From assembly GCF_030384885.1 (NCBI RefSeq), contig NZ_CP128613.1: a DNA stretch of 64,000 nt. One strand, written 5' to 3'. Positions 1 through 12,852 of this stretch are shown here, piece after piece; the stretch's first letter is position 1; the number at the start of each line of letters is the position of its first letter. The translations under genes were made by a program, and so were the position numbers. Source of the stretch: Escherichia coli. Lineage in GTDB: Bacteria > Pseudomonadota > Gammaproteobacteria > Enterobacterales > Enterobacteriaceae. The notes under the pieces were generated by a model that was not told the origin of the DNA, did no database searches, and saw only the letters and a program-made list of their open reading frames with translations.

Positions 1-646
1 TTATTCCATAGTCGGGGGAGTATGACAAAATTACCACGAGAGATAAAGTTCAGTACGAATAAATCAAACTGACGTAAGTAATCTGCAGCGGTATGATGCT
101 CAGGAGGAAGAGGTTCAATATGTGGAGTATGAGACCTTTTGATGGGGACGCCGGGGCTGATCATTGGAAATTGTTCAATAAAGTCATTAAGAAACAGAAA
201 GAGCACACGCTCGACGCCGGTCTGAAAGGCCCGACCCATAGTGACAGGCTTTGGGTCGGGAGCACAATAAATATTAATTTCCCCATCGTGGCGAAAATTA
301 TCTAAATAAATAGGGCTTAAATTTATTACTACCTGAAATTCAATGTTTTCTTTATGTCTTCCATTCTTAACAGGATACGTGAGTTTAAATTGAACCTTTT
401 CATTGTATAGCGTGTCGTTATCTCGGAAAGTTGTCCTCTGTATATAAGATAGGTTATCAAGATTATTGAATATCTTTTTGGTGTTTGAATTGATGTTTAA
501 AGACGTACGCCACTCCTCATCACATATTATAATGCTGAGCGCATCAATAAAATCCTTCAAAACTTCTTTTACCTGAGGTGCAATATTGCGAACGGGAAAA
601 TCATCAGGAAGTGAGATGAAATTGCTGATGCTTACTGGCGTAACCA
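1..646 (-). CDS. yneK: YneK-like hypothetical protein, partial (3' end beyond window edge)
   Basis: Minus-strand reading frame open from ATG at 646-644 to the window edge with no stop (hand translation MVTPVSISNFISLPDDFPVRN...). Not in the ORF track because it lacks a stop inside the window. Position downstream of yneJ matches K-12 synteny. Confidence 0.6.
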
Positions 647-724
647 TATTTGCCCCATATAGTCATAAGTCATCGGAACATCACTATATAGAGCATATGA
701 GCTGCAAGAACTATCAAAAATAGC

Positions 725-1606
725 TCATTGGGAAGACTGTTTTGCCGAGTCAGACACATCCAGTAGTTGAATAAATGCCTCAAGCGGACGCGTTTTCGCA
801 CCGCGACGCCAGACCAGCCATGTTATTAACCAACGCCATTGCTCAGCTAACGGCCACGACTCAACCTGGTGATGCCCCGGCATACTTTCCAGCATAGAGC
901 GTGGAATAAGCGCAATGCCCGCACCCGCAACCACACAGGCTAACATACCGTGATACGACTCCATTTCATGGATGGTCCCCGGCGCTGCACCGTCGGCATG
1001 AAACCAGCTTTCAAAGTGGCGACGATATGAACAATTGGCACGGAATGCATAAATGTTACAGCCATTAACCTGACTGGCGCGGGTTACTGGTGCATGTCCT
1101 TGTGGCGTGACAATCATCAACTCCTCGCGGTAGACCGGTATTCCATCAATAGCAGTATGGTTAATGGGCCCATCAATAAATGCCGCATTCAGTTTTCCCT
1201 CCAGCACCCCTTCCAGCATGGTGCCGGAAGGACCGGTGGAAAGCGAAAACTGAATTTTGGGATAACGACGGTTAAACTCCGCCAGCGTGGGCGGAATGCG
1301 CACTGCTGCGGTGCTTTCCAGCGAACCAAGAGAAAATAAACCTTGCGGCTCATCGCCAGCGACAACGCTCCGCGCTTCATCCACTAACGCGAGAATTTGT
1401 TGGCTATAGCGTAAAAAGTTATGCCCGGCAGGCGAGAGACGTAAACGCTGATTCTCGCGAATAAACAGATCAACCCCCAGTTCTGTTTCCAGCTGGCGTA
1501 GACGGGTAGTGAGATTCGACGGCACGCGATGCACTTTTGCTGCAGCCTGGGTAATGCTGCCAGCTTCGGCAACCGCGTTGAACATCTCCAGTTGGGTCAG
1601 ATCCAT
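725..1606 (-). CDS. yneJ: LysR-family transcriptional regulator
   Basis: 293-aa ORF with N-terminal HTH ([38 protein letters not shown]) and LysR substrate-binding region; divergent from sad as in K-12. Confidence 0.9.
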   Translation of the reverse strand: MDLTQLEMFNAVAEAGSITQAAAKVHRVPSNLTTRLRQLETELGVDLFIRENQRLRLSPAGHNFLRYSQQILALVDEARSVVAGDEPQGLFSLGSLESTAAVRIPPTLAEFNRRYPKIQFSLSTGPSGTMLEGVLEGKLNAAFIDGPINHTAIDGIPVYREELMIVTPQGHAPVTRASQVNGCNIYAFRANCSYRRHFESWFHADGAAPGTIHEMESYHGMLACVVAGAGIALIPRSMLESMPGHHQVESWPLAEQWRWLITWLVWRRGAKTRPLEAFIQLLDVSDSAKQSSQ

Positions 1607-1706
1607 GGCATTCTCAATTCGTGAATAAGTGGCTTAATATTATTCATTTTCAAGCAAGAGTAAATCTGCGTATCTTTTTACCATAACCCATAAAGGAGAT
1701 ACCCCG

Positions 1707-3095
1707 ATGACCATTACTCCGGCAACCCATGCAATTTCGATAAATCCTGCCACTGGTGAACAACTTTCTGTGCTGCCGTGGGCTGGCGCTGACGATATAG
1801 AAAACGCACTTCAGCTGGCGGCAGCAGGCTTTCGCGACTGGCGCGAGACAAATATAGATTATCGTGCTGAAAAACTGCGTGATATCGGTAAGGCTCTGCG
1901 CGCCCGTAGCGAAGAAATGGCGCAAATGATCACCCGTGAAATGGGCAAACCGATCAACCAGGCGCGTGCTGAAGTGGCGAAATCGGCGAATTTGTGTGAC
2001 TGGTATGCAGAACATGGTCCGGCGATGCTGAAGGCGGAACCTACGCTGGTGGAAAATCAGCAGGCGGTTATTGAGTATCGACCGTTGGGGACGATTCTGG
2101 CGATTATGCCGTGGAATTTTCCGTTATGGCAGGTGATGCGTGGCGCTGTTCCCATCATTCTTGCAGGTAACGGCTACTTACTTAAACATGCGCCGAATGT
2201 GATGGGCTGTGCACAGCTCATTGCCCAGGTGTTTAAAGATGCGGGGATCCCGCAAGGCGTATATGGATGGCTGAATGCCGACAATGACGGTGTGAGTCAG
2301 ATGATTAAAGATTCGCGCATTGCTGCAGTCACGGTGACCGGAAGTGTTCGTGCGGGAGCAGCTATTGGCGCACAGGCTGGAGCGGCACTGAAAAAATGCG
2401 TACTTGAACTGGGCGGTTCGGATCCGTTTATTGTACTTAACGATGCCGATCTGGAACTTGCGGTGAAAGCGGCGGTAGCCGGACGTTATCAGAATACTGG
2501 ACAGGTTTGTGCAGCGGCAAAACGCTTTATTATCGAAGAGGGAATTGCTTCGGCATTTACCGAACGTTTTGTGGCAGCTGCGGCAGCCTTGAAAATGGGC
2601 GATCCCCGTGACGAAGAGAACGCTCTCGGACCAATGGCTCGTTTTGATTTACGTGATGAGCTGCATCATCAGGTAGAAAAAACTCTGGCTCAAGGTGCAC
2701 GTTTGTTACTGGGCGGGGAAAAGCTGGCTGGGGCAGGTAACTACTATCCGCCAACGGTTCTGTCGAATGTCACACCAGAAATGACTGCTTTTCGGGAAGA
2801 GATGTTTGGCCCCGTTGCGGCAATCACTATTGCAAAGGATGCAGAACATGCGCTGGAACTGGCTAATGATAGCGAGTTCGGTCTTTCAGCGACCATTTTC
2901 ACCACCGACGAAACACGGGCCAGACAGATAGCGGCACATCTGGAATGCGGTGGCGTGTTTATCAATGGTTATTGTGCCAGTGATGCGCGAGTTGCCTTTG
3001 GTGGCGTGAAGAAGAGTGGCTTTGGTCGTGAACTTTCCCATTTCGGTTTACATGAGTTCTGTAATATCCAGACGGTGTGGAAAGACCGGATCTGA
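1707..3095 (+). CDS. sad: NAD(P)+-dependent succinate-semialdehyde / aldehyde dehydrogenase
   Basis: 462-aa ORF with aldehyde dehydrogenase hallmarks (catalytic Cys region [15 protein letters not shown] motif); RBS AAAGGAG upstream; synteny with yneJ and glsB. Confidence 0.9.
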   Translation: MTITPATHAISINPATGEQLSVLPWAGADDIENALQLAAAGFRDWRETNIDYRAEKLRDIGKALRARSEEMAQMITREMGKPINQARAEVAKSANLCDWYAEHGPAMLKAEPTLVENQQAVIEYRPLGTILAIMPWNFPLWQVMRGAVPIILAGNGYLLKHAPNVMGCAQLIAQVFKDAGIPQGVYGWLNADNDGVSQMIKDSRIAAVTVTGSVRAGAAIGAQAGAALKKCVLELGGSDPFIVLNDADLELAVKAAVAGRYQNTGQVCAAAKRFIIEEGIASAFTERFVAAAAALKMGDPRDEENALGPMARFDLRDELHHQVEKTLAQGARLLLGGEKLAGAGNYYPPTVLSNVTPEMTAFREEMFGPVAAITIAKDAEHALELANDSEFGLSATIFTTDETRARQIAAHLECGGVFINGYCASDARVAFGGVKKSGFGRELSHFGLHEFCNIQTVWKDRI

Positions 3096-3158
3096 CGCTA
3101 CATATTCAGCTCTGATATACTCGCAGGTCTTTTCAGACCTGCGGTCCAGGAGTAGAAA

Positions 3159-4085
3159 GTGGCAGTCGCCATGGATAATGCAATTTTAGAAAACATCTTG
3201 CGGCAAGTGCGGCCGCTCATTGGTCAGGGTAAAGTCGCGGATTATATTCCGGCGCTGGCGACGGTTGATGGTTCCCGACTGGGCATAGCTATCTGTACCG
3301 TTGACGGACAGCTTTTTCAGGCCGGAGACGCACAAGAACGTTTTTCCATTCAGTCTATTTCCAAAGTGCTGAGTCTCGTTGTCGCCATGCGTCATTACTC
3401 CGAAGAGGAAATCTGGCAACGCGTCGGCAAAGATCCGTCTGGATCACCGTTTAATTCCCTGGTGCAACTCGAAATGGAGCAGGGTATTCCGCGTAATCCG
3501 TTTATAAATGCCGGTGCGCTGGTGGTCTGCGATATGTTGCAAGGGCGCTTAAGCGCGCCACGGCAACGTATGCTGGAAGTTGTCCGCGGCTTAAGCGGAG
3601 TGTCTGATATTTCCTACGATACGGTGGTAGCGCGTTCCGAATTTGAACACTCCGCGCGAAATGCGGCTATCGCCTGGCTGATGAAGTCGTTTGGCAATTT
3701 CCATCATGACGTGACAACCGTTCTGCAAAACTACTTTCATTACTGCGCTCTGAAAATGAGCTGTATAGAGCTGGCCCGGACGTTTGTCTTTCTGGCTAAT
3801 CAGGGGAAAGCTATTCATATTGATGAACCTGTGGTGACGCCAATGCAGGCGCGGCAAATTAACGCGCTGATGGCGACCAGTGGTATGTACCAGAATGCGG
3901 GGGAGTTTGCCTGGCGGGTGGGACTACCGGCAAAATCTGGCGTTGGTGGCGGTATTGTGGCGATTGTTCCGCATGAAATGGCCATCGCAGTCTGGAGCCC
4001 GGAACTGGATGATGCCGGTAACTCGCTTGCGGGCATTGCTGTCCTTGAACAATTGACGAAACAATTAGGGCGTTCGGTTTATTAA
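3159..4085 (+). CDS. glsB: Glutaminase 2
   Basis: 308-aa ORF matching recalled K-12 GlsB/YneH from the N-terminus ([34 protein letters not shown]...); GTG start with RBS AGGAG. Confidence 0.9.
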   Translation: MAVAMDNAILENILRQVRPLIGQGKVADYIPALATVDGSRLGIAICTVDGQLFQAGDAQERFSIQSISKVLSLVVAMRHYSEEEIWQRVGKDPSGSPFNSLVQLEMEQGIPRNPFINAGALVVCDMLQGRLSAPRQRMLEVVRGLSGVSDISYDTVVARSEFEHSARNAAIAWLMKSFGNFHHDVTTVLQNYFHYCALKMSCIELARTFVFLANQGKAIHIDEPVVTPMQARQINALMATSGMYQNAGEFAWRVGLPAKSGVGGGIVAIVPHEMAIAVWSPELDDAGNSLAGIAVLEQLTKQLGRSVY

Positions 4086-4444
4086 TGCAGTCTCTCGATC
4101 CACTCTTCGCGCGTTTATCCCGTTCAAAATTTCGCTCTCGCTTTCGTTTGGGTGTGAAAGAGCGTCAGTATTGTCTGGAGAAAGGCGCGCCAGTCATCGA
4201 ACAACATGCGGCGGATTTTGTCTCTAAACGTCTTGCTCCGGCATTACCGGCTAACGACGGTAAGCAAACCCCCATGCGCGGGCATCCGGTGTTTATCGCT
4301 CAGCACGCCACTGCAACCTGTTGTCGCGGTTGTCTGGCTAAGTGGCATAACATTCCGCAGGGTGTTTCGTTAAGCGAGGAACAACAACGTTATATCGTGT
4401 CGGTAATCTATCACTGGTTGGTTATACAGATGAATCAGCCATGA
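4085..4444 (+). CDS. yneG: DUF4186-family protein YneG
   Basis: 119-aa ORF overlapping the glsB stop by one base (TAATG); position and length match K-12 yneG. Confidence 0.8.
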   Translation: MQSLDPLFARLSRSKFRSRFRLGVKERQYCLEKGAPVIEQHAADFVSKRLAPALPANDGKQTPMRGHPVFIAQHATATCCRGCLAKWHNIPQGVSLSEEQQRYIVSVIYHWLVIQMNQP

Positions 4445-4582
4445 TAATTGCGGAAAACGATAAAATAGCATTCCCAGGATATCTTTATTTGCCGCCGCTG
4501 TCAGCGAACATGCTATCCTTTATGAGAATTTACTTATTACGTTGAGATAATTGCCACCCGCAATTGTATGGACAGATAATTA

Positions 4583-6001
4583 ATGCATGTACAGCCCATT
4601 TCAACTTTCCGTTTGTTCCAGGAAGGTCATCTGCTACGTAATAGCATCGCTATTTTTGTGCTAACCACGCTGTTCTATTTTATTGGTGCAGAGTTACGGC
4701 TGGTTCACGAACTTTCTCTTTTCTGGCCGCTGAATGGCGTAATGGCGGGGGTGTTTGCCCGCTATGTCTGGCTTAATCGACTGCATTACTATGCGATCAG
4801 TTATGTGGCAATGCTGGTTTATGATGCCATAACCACCGAATGGGGGCTGGTTTCACTGGCTATCAATTTCTCCAATATGATGTTTATTGTTACCGTCGCC
4901 TTACTGGTCGCGCGGGATAAGCGTCTGGGGAAAAATAAGTACGAGCCAGTAAGTGCCTTACGGCTATTTAATTACTGTCTGATTGCCGCATTATTATGCG
5001 CTATTGTCGGGGCGATTGGTTCGGTCAGTATTGATAGTCTGGATTTCTGGCCTTTGCTTGCCGACTGGTTCAGTGAGCAATTCTCAACGGGCGTGTTGAT
5101 CGTGCCTTGTATGCTGACGTTGGCAATTCCTGGAGTGCTGCCGCGCTTCAAAGCAGAACAGATGATGCCCGCCATCGCGCTCATTGTGTCGGTTATTGCA
5201 TCGGTAGTCATTGGCGGAGCGGGGAGTCTGGCGTTCCCGCTGCCTGCATTAATCTGGTGTGCGGTGCGTTATACGCCGCAGGTAACATGTCTGTTGACCT
5301 TTGTCACCGGTGCGGTGGAGATTGTACTGGTGGCAAATTCGGTGATTGATATCTCGGTCGGTTCGCCGTTCTCCATTCCGCAAATGTTCTCCGCACGGCT
5401 CGGTATTGCCACGATGGCGATATGCCCAATTATGGTTTCTTTTAGCGTGGCAGCGATCAATTCGCTAATGAAGCAAGTTGCGCTGCGAGCCGACTTTGAT
5501 TTTCTGACTCAGGTTTACTCACGGTCAGGTCTTTACGAGGCGCTGAAAAGTCCATCGCTTAAACAGACACAACATCTGACAGTCATGCTGCTTGATATCG
5601 ACTATTTCAAAAGCATTAACGATAACTATGGTCATGAATGTGGCGATAAAGTGTTAAGCGTGTTTGCCCAGCATATTCAGAAGATTGTCGGTGATAAGGG
5701 GCTGGTGGCGCGAATGGGCGGCGAAGAATTTGCTGTTGCAGTGCCATCGGTGAATCCTGTCGATGGTCTGCTAATGGCGGAAATAATTCGTAAAGGTGTT
5801 GAACTGCAACCGTTCACCTGGCAACAAAAAACGCTTTATCTCACGGTAAGTATTGGCGTCGGTAGTGGTTGCGCGTCGTTCCGTACGCTGACCGAAGACT
5901 TTAATAAATTAATGGTTGAAGCCGATACGTGTCTGTATCGCTCGAAGAAAGATGGGCGCAACCGTACCAGCACTATGCGTTACGGTGAGGAAGTTGTCTG
6001 A
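4583..6001 (+). CDS. dgcF: Membrane-anchored diguanylate cyclase (GGDEF/GGEEF domain)
   Basis: 472-aa ORF with multiple N-terminal TM segments and a C-terminal GGDEF domain carrying the GGEEF active-site motif (ARMGGEEFAV); position of K-12 yneF/dgcF. Confidence 0.85.
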   Translation: MHVQPISTFRLFQEGHLLRNSIAIFVLTTLFYFIGAELRLVHELSLFWPLNGVMAGVFARYVWLNRLHYYAISYVAMLVYDAITTEWGLVSLAINFSNMMFIVTVALLVARDKRLGKNKYEPVSALRLFNYCLIAALLCAIVGAIGSVSIDSLDFWPLLADWFSEQFSTGVLIVPCMLTLAIPGVLPRFKAEQMMPAIALIVSVIASVVIGGAGSLAFPLPALIWCAVRYTPQVTCLLTFVTGAVEIVLVANSVIDISVGSPFSIPQMFSARLGIATMAICPIMVSFSVAAINSLMKQVALRADFDFLTQVYSRSGLYEALKSPSLKQTQHLTVMLLDIDYFKSINDNYGHECGDKVLSVFAQHIQKIVGDKGLVARMGGEEFAVAVPSVNPVDGLLMAEIIRKGVELQPFTWQQKTLYLTVSIGVGSGCASFRTLTEDFNKLMVEADTCLYRSKKDGRNRTSTMRYGEEVV

Positions 6002-6228
6002 CATCTTTATTCATGCAGAGCGATTTTAACGGAATGTGTTCTACCACTTTATTGAGCGAATAAAAGGCGTAGTTCCTCGATTAAACCATGATCCGCGCCA
6101 CACTTTTCTCATAAAACTGCTCATTAATCATCAGGAGTTGATCAAAACAGGGGTTCGGCGTATTAAAGTTTGCTAACCTGTCGTACCAATTCAAACAGGT
6201 TGTATGACTAATCAGAAGGGAACCCATT

Positions 6229-7680
6229 GTGAAAACACTAAATCGTCGCGATTTTCCCGGTGCACAGTATCCAGAACGTATCATTCAGTTTGGTGAAGGT
6301 AACTTCCTGCGCGCCTTTGTTGACTGGCAAATCGATCTCCTGAATGAGCACACCGATCTGAATTCTGGCGTGGTCGTTGTTCGTCCGATTGAAACTTCAT
6401 TCCCGCCGTCATTGAGCACGCAGGATGGTCTGTACACCACCATTATCCGTGGTTTGAATGAGAAGGGGGAGGCGGTCAGCGACGCGCGTCTGATTCGCTC
6501 GGTTAATCGTGAAATCAGCGTCTACAGTGAATACGATGAATTCCTGAAACTGGCGCACAACCCGGAAATGCGCTTTGTTTTCTCTAACACCACCGAAGCG
6601 GGTATCAGCTACCATGCGGGCGATAAATTCGATGACGCGCCAGCGGTAAGTTATCCGGCAAAACTGACCCGTCTGCTGTTCGAACGTTTTAGCCATTTCA
6701 ACGGAGCGCAGGATAAAGGTTGGATCATCATCCCATGTGAACTGATCGACTATAACGGCGATGCACTGCGTGAACTGGTGCTGCGCTACGCGCAAGAGTG
6801 GGCACTACCAGAAGCATTTATTCAATGGCTGGATCAGGCTAACAGCTTCTGTTCTACGCTGGTGGACCGTATCGTTACCGGTTATCCGCGTGATGAAGTG
6901 GCTAAACTGGAAGAAGAACTGGGTTATCACGATGGTTTCCTCGACACCGCTGAACACTTTTACCTGTTTGTGATTCAGGGGCCGAAATCCTTAGCGACTG
7001 AGCTGCGTCTGGACAAATATCCGCTCAACGTGCTGATTGTTGACGATATTAAACCGTATAAAGAGCGCAAAGTGGCAATCCTCAACGGTGCACACACGGC
7101 GCTGGTGCCGGTGGCGTTCCTGGCAGGGCTGGATACTGTAGGTGAAGCGATGAACGATGCTGAAATTTGTGCATTCGTTGAAAAAGCCATCTACGAAGAG
7201 ATTATTCCGGTACTGGATTTGCCTCGTGATGAACTGGAATCTTTCGCCAGTGCAGTCACCGGACGTTTCCGTAATCCGTACATCAAGCATCAGCTGCTGT
7301 CTATCGCGCTTAACGGTATGACCAAGTTCCGCACCCGTATCCTGCCGCAGCTGCTTGCAGGGCAGAAGGCAAACGGCACACTTCCGGCGCGCCTTACTTT
7401 CGCATTAGCGGCATTGATTGCGTTTTATCGCGGTGAGCGTAACGGAGAAACATATCCGGTACAGGACGATGCCCACTGGCTGGAACGTTATCAGCAACTC
7501 TGGAGCCAGCATCGTGACCGTGTTATCGGCACCCAGGAACTGGTTGCTATTGTGTTGGCTGAAAAAGACCACTGGGAGCAGGACCTGACGCAAGTGCCTG
7601 GTCTGGTCGAGCAGGTTGCTAATGACCTGGATGTGATTCTCGAAAAAGGAATGCGCGAAGCTGTACGTCCGTTGTGCTAA
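6229..7680 (+). CDS. uxaB: Altronate oxidoreductase (tagaturonate reductase)
   Basis: 483-aa ORF matching recalled UxaB N-terminus ([30 protein letters not shown]) and length. Confidence 0.95.
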   Translation: MKTLNRRDFPGAQYPERIIQFGEGNFLRAFVDWQIDLLNEHTDLNSGVVVVRPIETSFPPSLSTQDGLYTTIIRGLNEKGEAVSDARLIRSVNREISVYSEYDEFLKLAHNPEMRFVFSNTTEAGISYHAGDKFDDAPAVSYPAKLTRLLFERFSHFNGAQDKGWIIIPCELIDYNGDALRELVLRYAQEWALPEAFIQWLDQANSFCSTLVDRIVTGYPRDEVAKLEEELGYHDGFLDTAEHFYLFVIQGPKSLATELRLDKYPLNVLIVDDIKPYKERKVAILNGAHTALVPVAFLAGLDTVGEAMNDAEICAFVEKAIYEEIIPVLDLPRDELESFASAVTGRFRNPYIKHQLLSIALNGMTKFRTRILPQLLAGQKANGTLPARLTFALAALIAFYRGERNGETYPVQDDAHWLERYQQLWSQHRDRVIGTQELVAIVLAEKDHWEQDLTQVPGLVEQVANDLDVILEKGMREAVRPLC

Positions 7681-7687
7681 TACTCTG

Positions 7688-7715
7688 AACCCGGTTTCGA
7701 CCGGGTTTCTTATTT
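7688..7715 (+). terminator. Rho-independent terminator downstream of uxaB
   Basis: Hairpin AACCCGGT-TTCG-ACCGGGTT followed by T-rich run TCTTATTT immediately after the uxaB stop. Confidence 0.55.
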
Positions 7716-7876
7716 CACTATATTAGTTACAACATCCTATGTGCCTTTATCATTAACAGGTGCCACATGCAGCACCTGTTAATGTTGTAAGCTTGTAGGT
7801 AATTTGTAAGTAGTGTCTTGAGAATGTGATCGTAATCACGTTTAATAGGGCGACTTTTCCACGCCTGAAGATAACC

Positions 7877-8791
7877 ATGATCGTTCGTCCACAACAACAC
7901 TGGCTGCGCCGTATTTTTGTCTGGCACGGTTCAGTATTATCCAAGATATCCTCGCGCTTACTACTCAATTTTCTCTTTTCTATCGCTGTTATTTTCATGC
8001 TGCCCTGGTACACGCATTTGGGAATCAAATTCACCCTCGCACCGTTCAGCATTCTCGGTGTCGCCATCGCCATTTTTCTTGGTTTTCGTAATAATGCCGG
8101 GTACGCCCGTTACGTTGAAGCGCGAAAACTTTGGGGGCAGTTGATGATTGCCTCACGGTCGTTACTGCGCGAGGTAAAAACGACATTGCCGGATTCGGCA
8201 AGTGTAAGGGAGTTTGCACGGCTGCAAATCGCCTTCGCCCACTGTTTACGCATGACATTACGCAAACAACCACAGGCGGAAGTGCTGGCACATTATCTCA
8301 AGACTGAAGATCTTCAGCGTGTACTGGCTTCAAACACTCCAGCTAACCGTATTTTGTTGATAATGGGGGAGTGGTTGGCGGTTCAGCGACGCAATGGACA
8401 GCTTTCAGATATCCTGTTTATTAGCCTCAACGATCGGCTTAACGATATTTCAGCGGTTCTGGCAGGCTGCGAGCGCATTGCCTACACGCCAATTCCCTTT
8501 GCCTACACCCTGATTTTGCATCGTACCGTTTATCTGTTTTGTATCATGCTGCCGTTCGCGCTGGTCGTGGACCTGCATTACATGACGCCATTTATCTCTG
8601 TGCTGATTTCCTACACTTTTATTTCGCTGGATTGTCTGGCGGAAGAGCTGGAAGATCCGTTCGGTACTGAAAACAATGATTTACCGCTGGATGCCATCTG
8701 CAACGCTATTGAAATTGACCTGTTACAGATGAACGATGAAACAGAAATTCCAGCAAAAATTCTTCCCGATCGTCATTACCAGCTGACGTAA
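7877..8791 (+). CDS. yneE: Bestrophin-family (UPF0187) membrane protein
   Basis: Track ORF 7826-8791; start placed at internal ATG 7877 (MIVRPQQHWLRRIF...) to give the 304-aa K-12-length product; TM-rich N-terminus. Confidence 0.8.
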   Translation: MIVRPQQHWLRRIFVWHGSVLSKISSRLLLNFLFSIAVIFMLPWYTHLGIKFTLAPFSILGVAIAIFLGFRNNAGYARYVEARKLWGQLMIASRSLLREVKTTLPDSASVREFARLQIAFAHCLRMTLRKQPQAEVLAHYLKTEDLQRVLASNTPANRILLIMGEWLAVQRRNGQLSDILFISLNDRLNDISAVLAGCERIAYTPIPFAYTLILHRTVYLFCIMLPFALVVDLHYMTPFISVLISYTFISLDCLAEELEDPFGTENNDLPLDAICNAIEIDLLQMNDETEIPAKILPDRHYQLT

Positions 8792-8794
8792 TAT

Positions 8795-9553
8795 TTACTC
8801 CGTACGCCGGGCAACAATAAACAGACGCGGAAATGCCAGCAGTATCTGTCCGTTCTCTTGCAGTGGATACTGCTCTTCCAGCATCTGATGGTAGCGCGTA
8901 ACAAAATGCTGCTGTTCGCTCTCGGTCAGATCCTGTAACCACGGACGTAATCCAGTGGCGGTCACCCAGTCAATAATCGCCTGGTGCGACGGCATCTGGT
9001 GATAGTAAGTGGTTCGCCAGATATCGACCTCGCATCCGGCTTCACTCAAAATATCGTAGTAAGCATGAACGCCAGCCAGCGGCTCACGCCCGCGATCCGG
9101 GTAGTTTTGTTCCCAGGCGACTTCGCGCATGAGCACATGGGTAGGCTCCAGCCAGTTATCCGGCATTTGTACCGCCAGCACGCCCTGCGGACTGAGTAAC
9201 GAAACCAGATGAGGGAACAGTTCGTAATGGTCGGGCAGCCATTGCAGCGAGGCATTAGCAAAAATCAGATCGAGTGCCTGTTCCGGTTGCCAGTTGCGGA
9301 TGTCTGCTTCCACGAACTGGCAGTCTGGCAAAGCACTGCGCGCTTCAGCAATCATCGCCGGAGACGAGTCGATGCCTGTTATCCTGGCCGCAGGCCAACG
9401 TTGATGCAGCAGGGCGGTGCTGTTACCTGGGCCACAGCCAAGATCGGCAACGTATTCGATATTCTCCAGCGGCACTCTGGCAAGCAGCTCCACCGCCGGA
9501 CGCGATCGTTCAGCGGCAAAGTGCAGATATAAAGAGGGGTTCCAGTCAGACAT
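8795..9553 (-). CDS. tam: Trans-aconitate 2-methyltransferase
   Basis: 252-aa ORF with SAM-binding motif ([12 protein letters not shown]); position and length match K-12 tam. Confidence 0.9.
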   Translation of the reverse strand: MSDWNPSLYLHFAAERSRPAVELLARVPLENIEYVADLGCGPGNSTALLHQRWPAARITGIDSSPAMIAEARSALPDCQFVEADIRNWQPEQALDLIFANASLQWLPDHYELFPHLVSLLSPQGVLAVQMPDNWLEPTHVLMREVAWEQNYPDRGREPLAGVHAYYDILSEAGCEVDIWRTTYYHQMPSHQAIIDWVTATGLRPWLQDLTESEQQHFVTRYHQMLEEQYPLQENGQILLAFPRLFIVARRTE

Positions 9554-9609
9554 TTATTTACTCCCGTCAGTGCGTTACCCCAATTGTAGATAAAACTGAT
9601 AAATTCGCC

Positions 9610-9900
9610 TCACGGCATCAATCCATTGAACAGACGTTTTTTACGCGGCCCGGTCATTAAAGATTCCAGTTTTGCGACACAGGTTTTGTAGTGGGGCGTG
9701 GTTTTATGGAACGCCACAGCGTCTTCATCTTTATAGGCTTCGTAGATATAAAAGCGCGAATTCACTTCCGGGTCCTGTAAGACATCGAAGCGCAAATTGC
9801 CTTCTTCCTGTACCGAGCCCAGGTGGTTCTGGCGAAAAACTTCGATAAACTCGTCAACCTTGTCTTCATGAACGTTAATTTCAACCAGTGTGACGTGCAT
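9610..9900 (-). CDS. lsrG: (4S)-4-hydroxy-5-phosphonooxypentane-2,3-dione isomerase (AI-2 degradation)
   Basis: 96-aa ABM-type monooxygenase-like ORF at the distal end of the lsrACDBFG operon. Confidence 0.9.
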   Translation of the reverse strand: MHVTLVEINVHEDKVDEFIEVFRQNHLGSVQEEGNLRFDVLQDPEVNSRFYIYEAYKDEDAVAFHKTTPHYKTCVAKLESLMTGPRKKRLFNGLMP

Positions 9901-9923
9901 AATTCTTCTCCTTAAATCCGCAG

Positions 9924-10799
9924 TTACTGTTTTTCACTCAGATAGAGTTCATATGCCCGATCAGCCGTTTCGTTATGGTGTACCACCGCCTGTACGGCTT
10001 TCATCATCGCCACCGGATGGTCAGACTGGAAAATATTACGCCCCATATCCACACCAGAAGCGCCCTGATCGATAGCCTGCCAGCACATTTCCAGCGCCTC
10101 GCGCTCCGGTAATTTTTTACCGCCAGCAATAACAATGGGTACCGGACATCCGGCAACAATCCGTTCAAAACCTTTATCAACATAATAAGTTTTGATAATC
10201 TGCGCCCCCATTTCAGCGGCGATTCGGGTAGCCAGCGAGAAATAACGTTGGTCGCGCACCATATCTTTGCCCACGCCAGTCACGGCCATGGTCGGCATTC
10301 CTACTTTCATTCCAGCATCGACCAGCTGAATAATATTTTTAATCGACTGATGTTCATATTCACTGCCGATATAAACCTGCGCTGCCACCGCGCAACTGTT
10401 CAGGCGCACGGCGTCATCCATCGATAACGCCACGGCTTCATTACTTAATTCCGCCAGAATAGAGTTCGCACCAGACGCCCGCAGTACTACCGGCTTATTG
10501 GTCGCCGGGGGGACTACGCTGCGCAAAATGCCGCGCGTACACATTAATACATCGGCATGTTCAAACAGCGGGGCGATATTTATATCAATGCGTTCAAGTC
10601 CGGTAGTCGGCCCCTGAAAATAACCATGGTCAAAGGCCAGCATCACGGTTTTACCCGTTTTCGGATTAAATATCCGTGATAAGCGTGACTGCATTCCCCA
10701 ATCCAGCGCACCGCAACCTTTCAGGGTAAAAGGGATATTTTGTTGCGGTTGATCGGTGCGAAAATCTTTACCATCTTTAATATCGTCTAAATCTGCCAT
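9924..10799 (-). CDS. lsrF: 3-hydroxy-5-phosphonooxypentane-2,4-dione thiolase (aldolase-fold)
   Basis: 291-aa class I aldolase-like ORF between lsrB and lsrG. Confidence 0.9.
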   Translation of the reverse strand: MADLDDIKDGKDFRTDQPQQNIPFTLKGCGALDWGMQSRLSRIFNPKTGKTVMLAFDHGYFQGPTTGLERIDINIAPLFEHADVLMCTRGILRSVVPPATNKPVVLRASGANSILAELSNEAVALSMDDAVRLNSCAVAAQVYIGSEYEHQSIKNIIQLVDAGMKVGMPTMAVTGVGKDMVRDQRYFSLATRIAAEMGAQIIKTYYVDKGFERIVAGCPVPIVIAGGKKLPEREALEMCWQAIDQGASGVDMGRNIFQSDHPVAMMKAVQAVVHHNETADRAYELYLSEKQ

Positions 10800-10825
10800 A
10801 ACGTACTCCGGTTAAGTAATGTACA

Positions 10826-11848
10826 TCAGAAATCGTATTTGCCGATATTCTCTTTGTTGAATATCACGCGCTCCGGTAACAGTACGATGCCATTACCATC
10901 CGCTTCGTAGTCATAGCCCTGAACGCTGTTTGGCGAGACTTCAACCTGACCTACGCCCTGAATATTCAGCTTGTCGCCCGTTTTCATTGATCCTTTTTTC
11001 AATAATGCATCCGCGACATAAACTGAAATTTTGCCTTGCTGAACCACATCCCACAGGCCAAATTCTTTCACCGTGCCGCGCTCTACATACGGACGCATCA
11101 CGTTTGGCGTACTGAATCCGACAATCGCAACTTTGTCATTTTTCAGGTTTTCTGCGGCTTGTGCGGCAGCGGGCAGGGCGTTGGCGTCCGGGGCGATAAT
11201 GGCGTCGAGATCGCTATAGGCTTTTAATATTCCTTCTGCGGTTTGTAACGATTTAGTGGCATCGTTATAGCCAAACTGCGTAGTGACAATTTCCCAGCCT
11301 GGATGGTCTTTGGCGATTTTCGCTTTCGCCTCTTTCACCCACTGGTTTTGGTCCGTAACGGTGGGGCTTGAGTAGAAAAACGCGACTTTGGCTTTGTCTT
11401 TATTCACCTGACGCGCCGCCATATCCACCAACATACCTCCCAACTGGGCGGGCGTTCCCTGATTAATGTAGTAAGAACGGCACTCCGGTTTAGTATCAGA
11501 GTCCCAGGTCAGCACTCTCACACCACGTTGCATGGCGCGTTTCAGTGCCGGACACAAGCCATCAGGCGAAACCGCAGAGACGATAATGGCGTTATAACCC
11601 TGATTGACGAAGTTATTAATCAACTGTACCTGACCAGAAACACTGGGTTCTGTCGGTCCGTCGTAGGTCACATCAACGCCCAGCTCTTTACCCGCTTGTT
11701 GTGCGCCGTTGCCACCGCTGGTAAAAAATCCCACGCCAACCAGTTTGGGAATAAATGCAATACGCTCTGCGGCCTGCACATTCATAGAGATTGCGGCAAA
11801 GCCAAGCGCGCTAAGTAAGGCGATTTTCTTAAAGCGATGAAGTGTCAT
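10826..11848 (-). CDS. lsrB: Autoinducer-2 periplasmic binding protein
   Basis: 340-aa ORF with signal peptide ([26 protein letters not shown]) and periplasmic sugar-binding fold; lsr operon synteny. Confidence 0.9.
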   Translation of the reverse strand: MTLHRFKKIALLSALGFAAISMNVQAAERIAFIPKLVGVGFFTSGGNGAQQAGKELGVDVTYDGPTEPSVSGQVQLINNFVNQGYNAIIVSAVSPDGLCPALKRAMQRGVRVLTWDSDTKPECRSYYINQGTPAQLGGMLVDMAARQVNKDKAKVAFFYSSPTVTDQNQWVKEAKAKIAKDHPGWEIVTTQFGYNDATKSLQTAEGILKAYSDLDAIIAPDANALPAAAQAAENLKNDKVAIVGFSTPNVMRPYVERGTVKEFGLWDVVQQGKISVYVADALLKKGSMKTGDKLNIQGVGQVEVSPNSVQGYDYEADGNGIVLLPERVIFNKENIGKYDF

Positions 11849-11859
11849 GAAGATATCCT

Positions 11860-12852
11860 TTATGGCAATGGGTTATTGGCCCGACGCGCCAGCCACTCTT
11901 TAATTTGCTGGCGATGCAGGCTAACGGAACGACCTACGACAACGACGATAAGTAGCGCACCGGAAAGGGCGCTGGACACCTGATTTGGCACTCCTGCCAT
12001 TTGCAAACCTTGTTGCAAATATCCCACTAATAAAACCGCAATGGCGGTGCCGATAATGGAACCAGAACCACCATAAATATTGGCACCGCCGAGCACTACG
12101 GCGGTGATGGCGGGCATCAGAAACGACGCACCGAGATCGGAACGTGCTGAACCAAAGTACGATACCAGCAGCACAGCGGCGACCGCAGACGCCAGCCCCG
12201 TCATGGCATAGAGTGCACATAAGGTGCGGTTAACCGGAATCGCGCTATAAAGCGCCACGCGCGGGCTTTGTCCAATCAAAAACACATTACGTCCGGCATG
12301 GGTTTTATGCAGCCACAGCCAGAAAACGATGAGACATATCAGAAAGATAATCAGCGGAACGGGAAGTCCCAGCACATCCAGGTTAGCGAAATCTGTAAAC
12401 GCCATCGGGAATCCACCAATACCTTCGTATCCCGTCGCTCCGGCCATCCCGGAAAGCAGCAGAGCGCTTCCGGCAAACAGATACAGCGTGCCAAGCGTAA
12501 TCACCAGCGGGTTAACTTTGGTATAGATAATTAATCCGGCGTTAATCAGCCCGCACAATGCGCCGAGCAGAAAGGTCAGAAGAATCGCCAGCGGCATCGG
12601 CACGCCGCTTTGAAACAGTACGCCTAATGCAATGGCGCACAAGCCGATGGTCGAGCCAAACGAAATATCGATCCCGCCACTGACAATCACCATCGTCAGC
12701 GGTAGGGCGACAATGCCAATGCAGATAAAGTCACTGGTGCTGAACAGCAACATATTGAGATCTAACATCCGCGGGTTAATTGCACCAAATGCGACAATCT
12801 CAATAACGAGCAGTGCGGCAAGAGCTAGTTCCCAACCGTAGCGAATACGCAT
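11860..12852 (-). CDS. lsrD: AI-2 ABC transporter permease
   Basis: 330-aa polytopic membrane ORF; lsr operon synteny. Confidence 0.9.
   Translation of the reverse strand: MRIRYGWELALAALLVIEIVAFGAINPRMLDLNMLLFSTSDFICIGIVALPLTMVIVSGGIDISFGSTIGLCAIALGVLFQSGVPMPLAILLTFLLGALCGLINAGLIIYTKVNPLVITLGTLYLFAGSALLLSGMAGATGYEGIGGFPMAFTDFANLDVLGLPVPLIIFLICLIVFWLWLHKTHAGRNVFLIGQSPRVALYSAIPVNRTLCALYAMTGLASAVAAVLLVSYFGSARSDLGASFLMPAITAVVLGGANIYGGSGSIIGTAIAVLLVGYLQQGLQMAGVPNQVSSALSGALLIVVVVGRSVSLHRQQIKEWLARRANNPLP

Noticed and set aside
93-305. 70-aa plus-strand ORF near the window start
   Set aside because: Lies antisense within the open yneK reading frame (minus strand, open from 646 to the window edge); no RBS; most likely a chance ORF.
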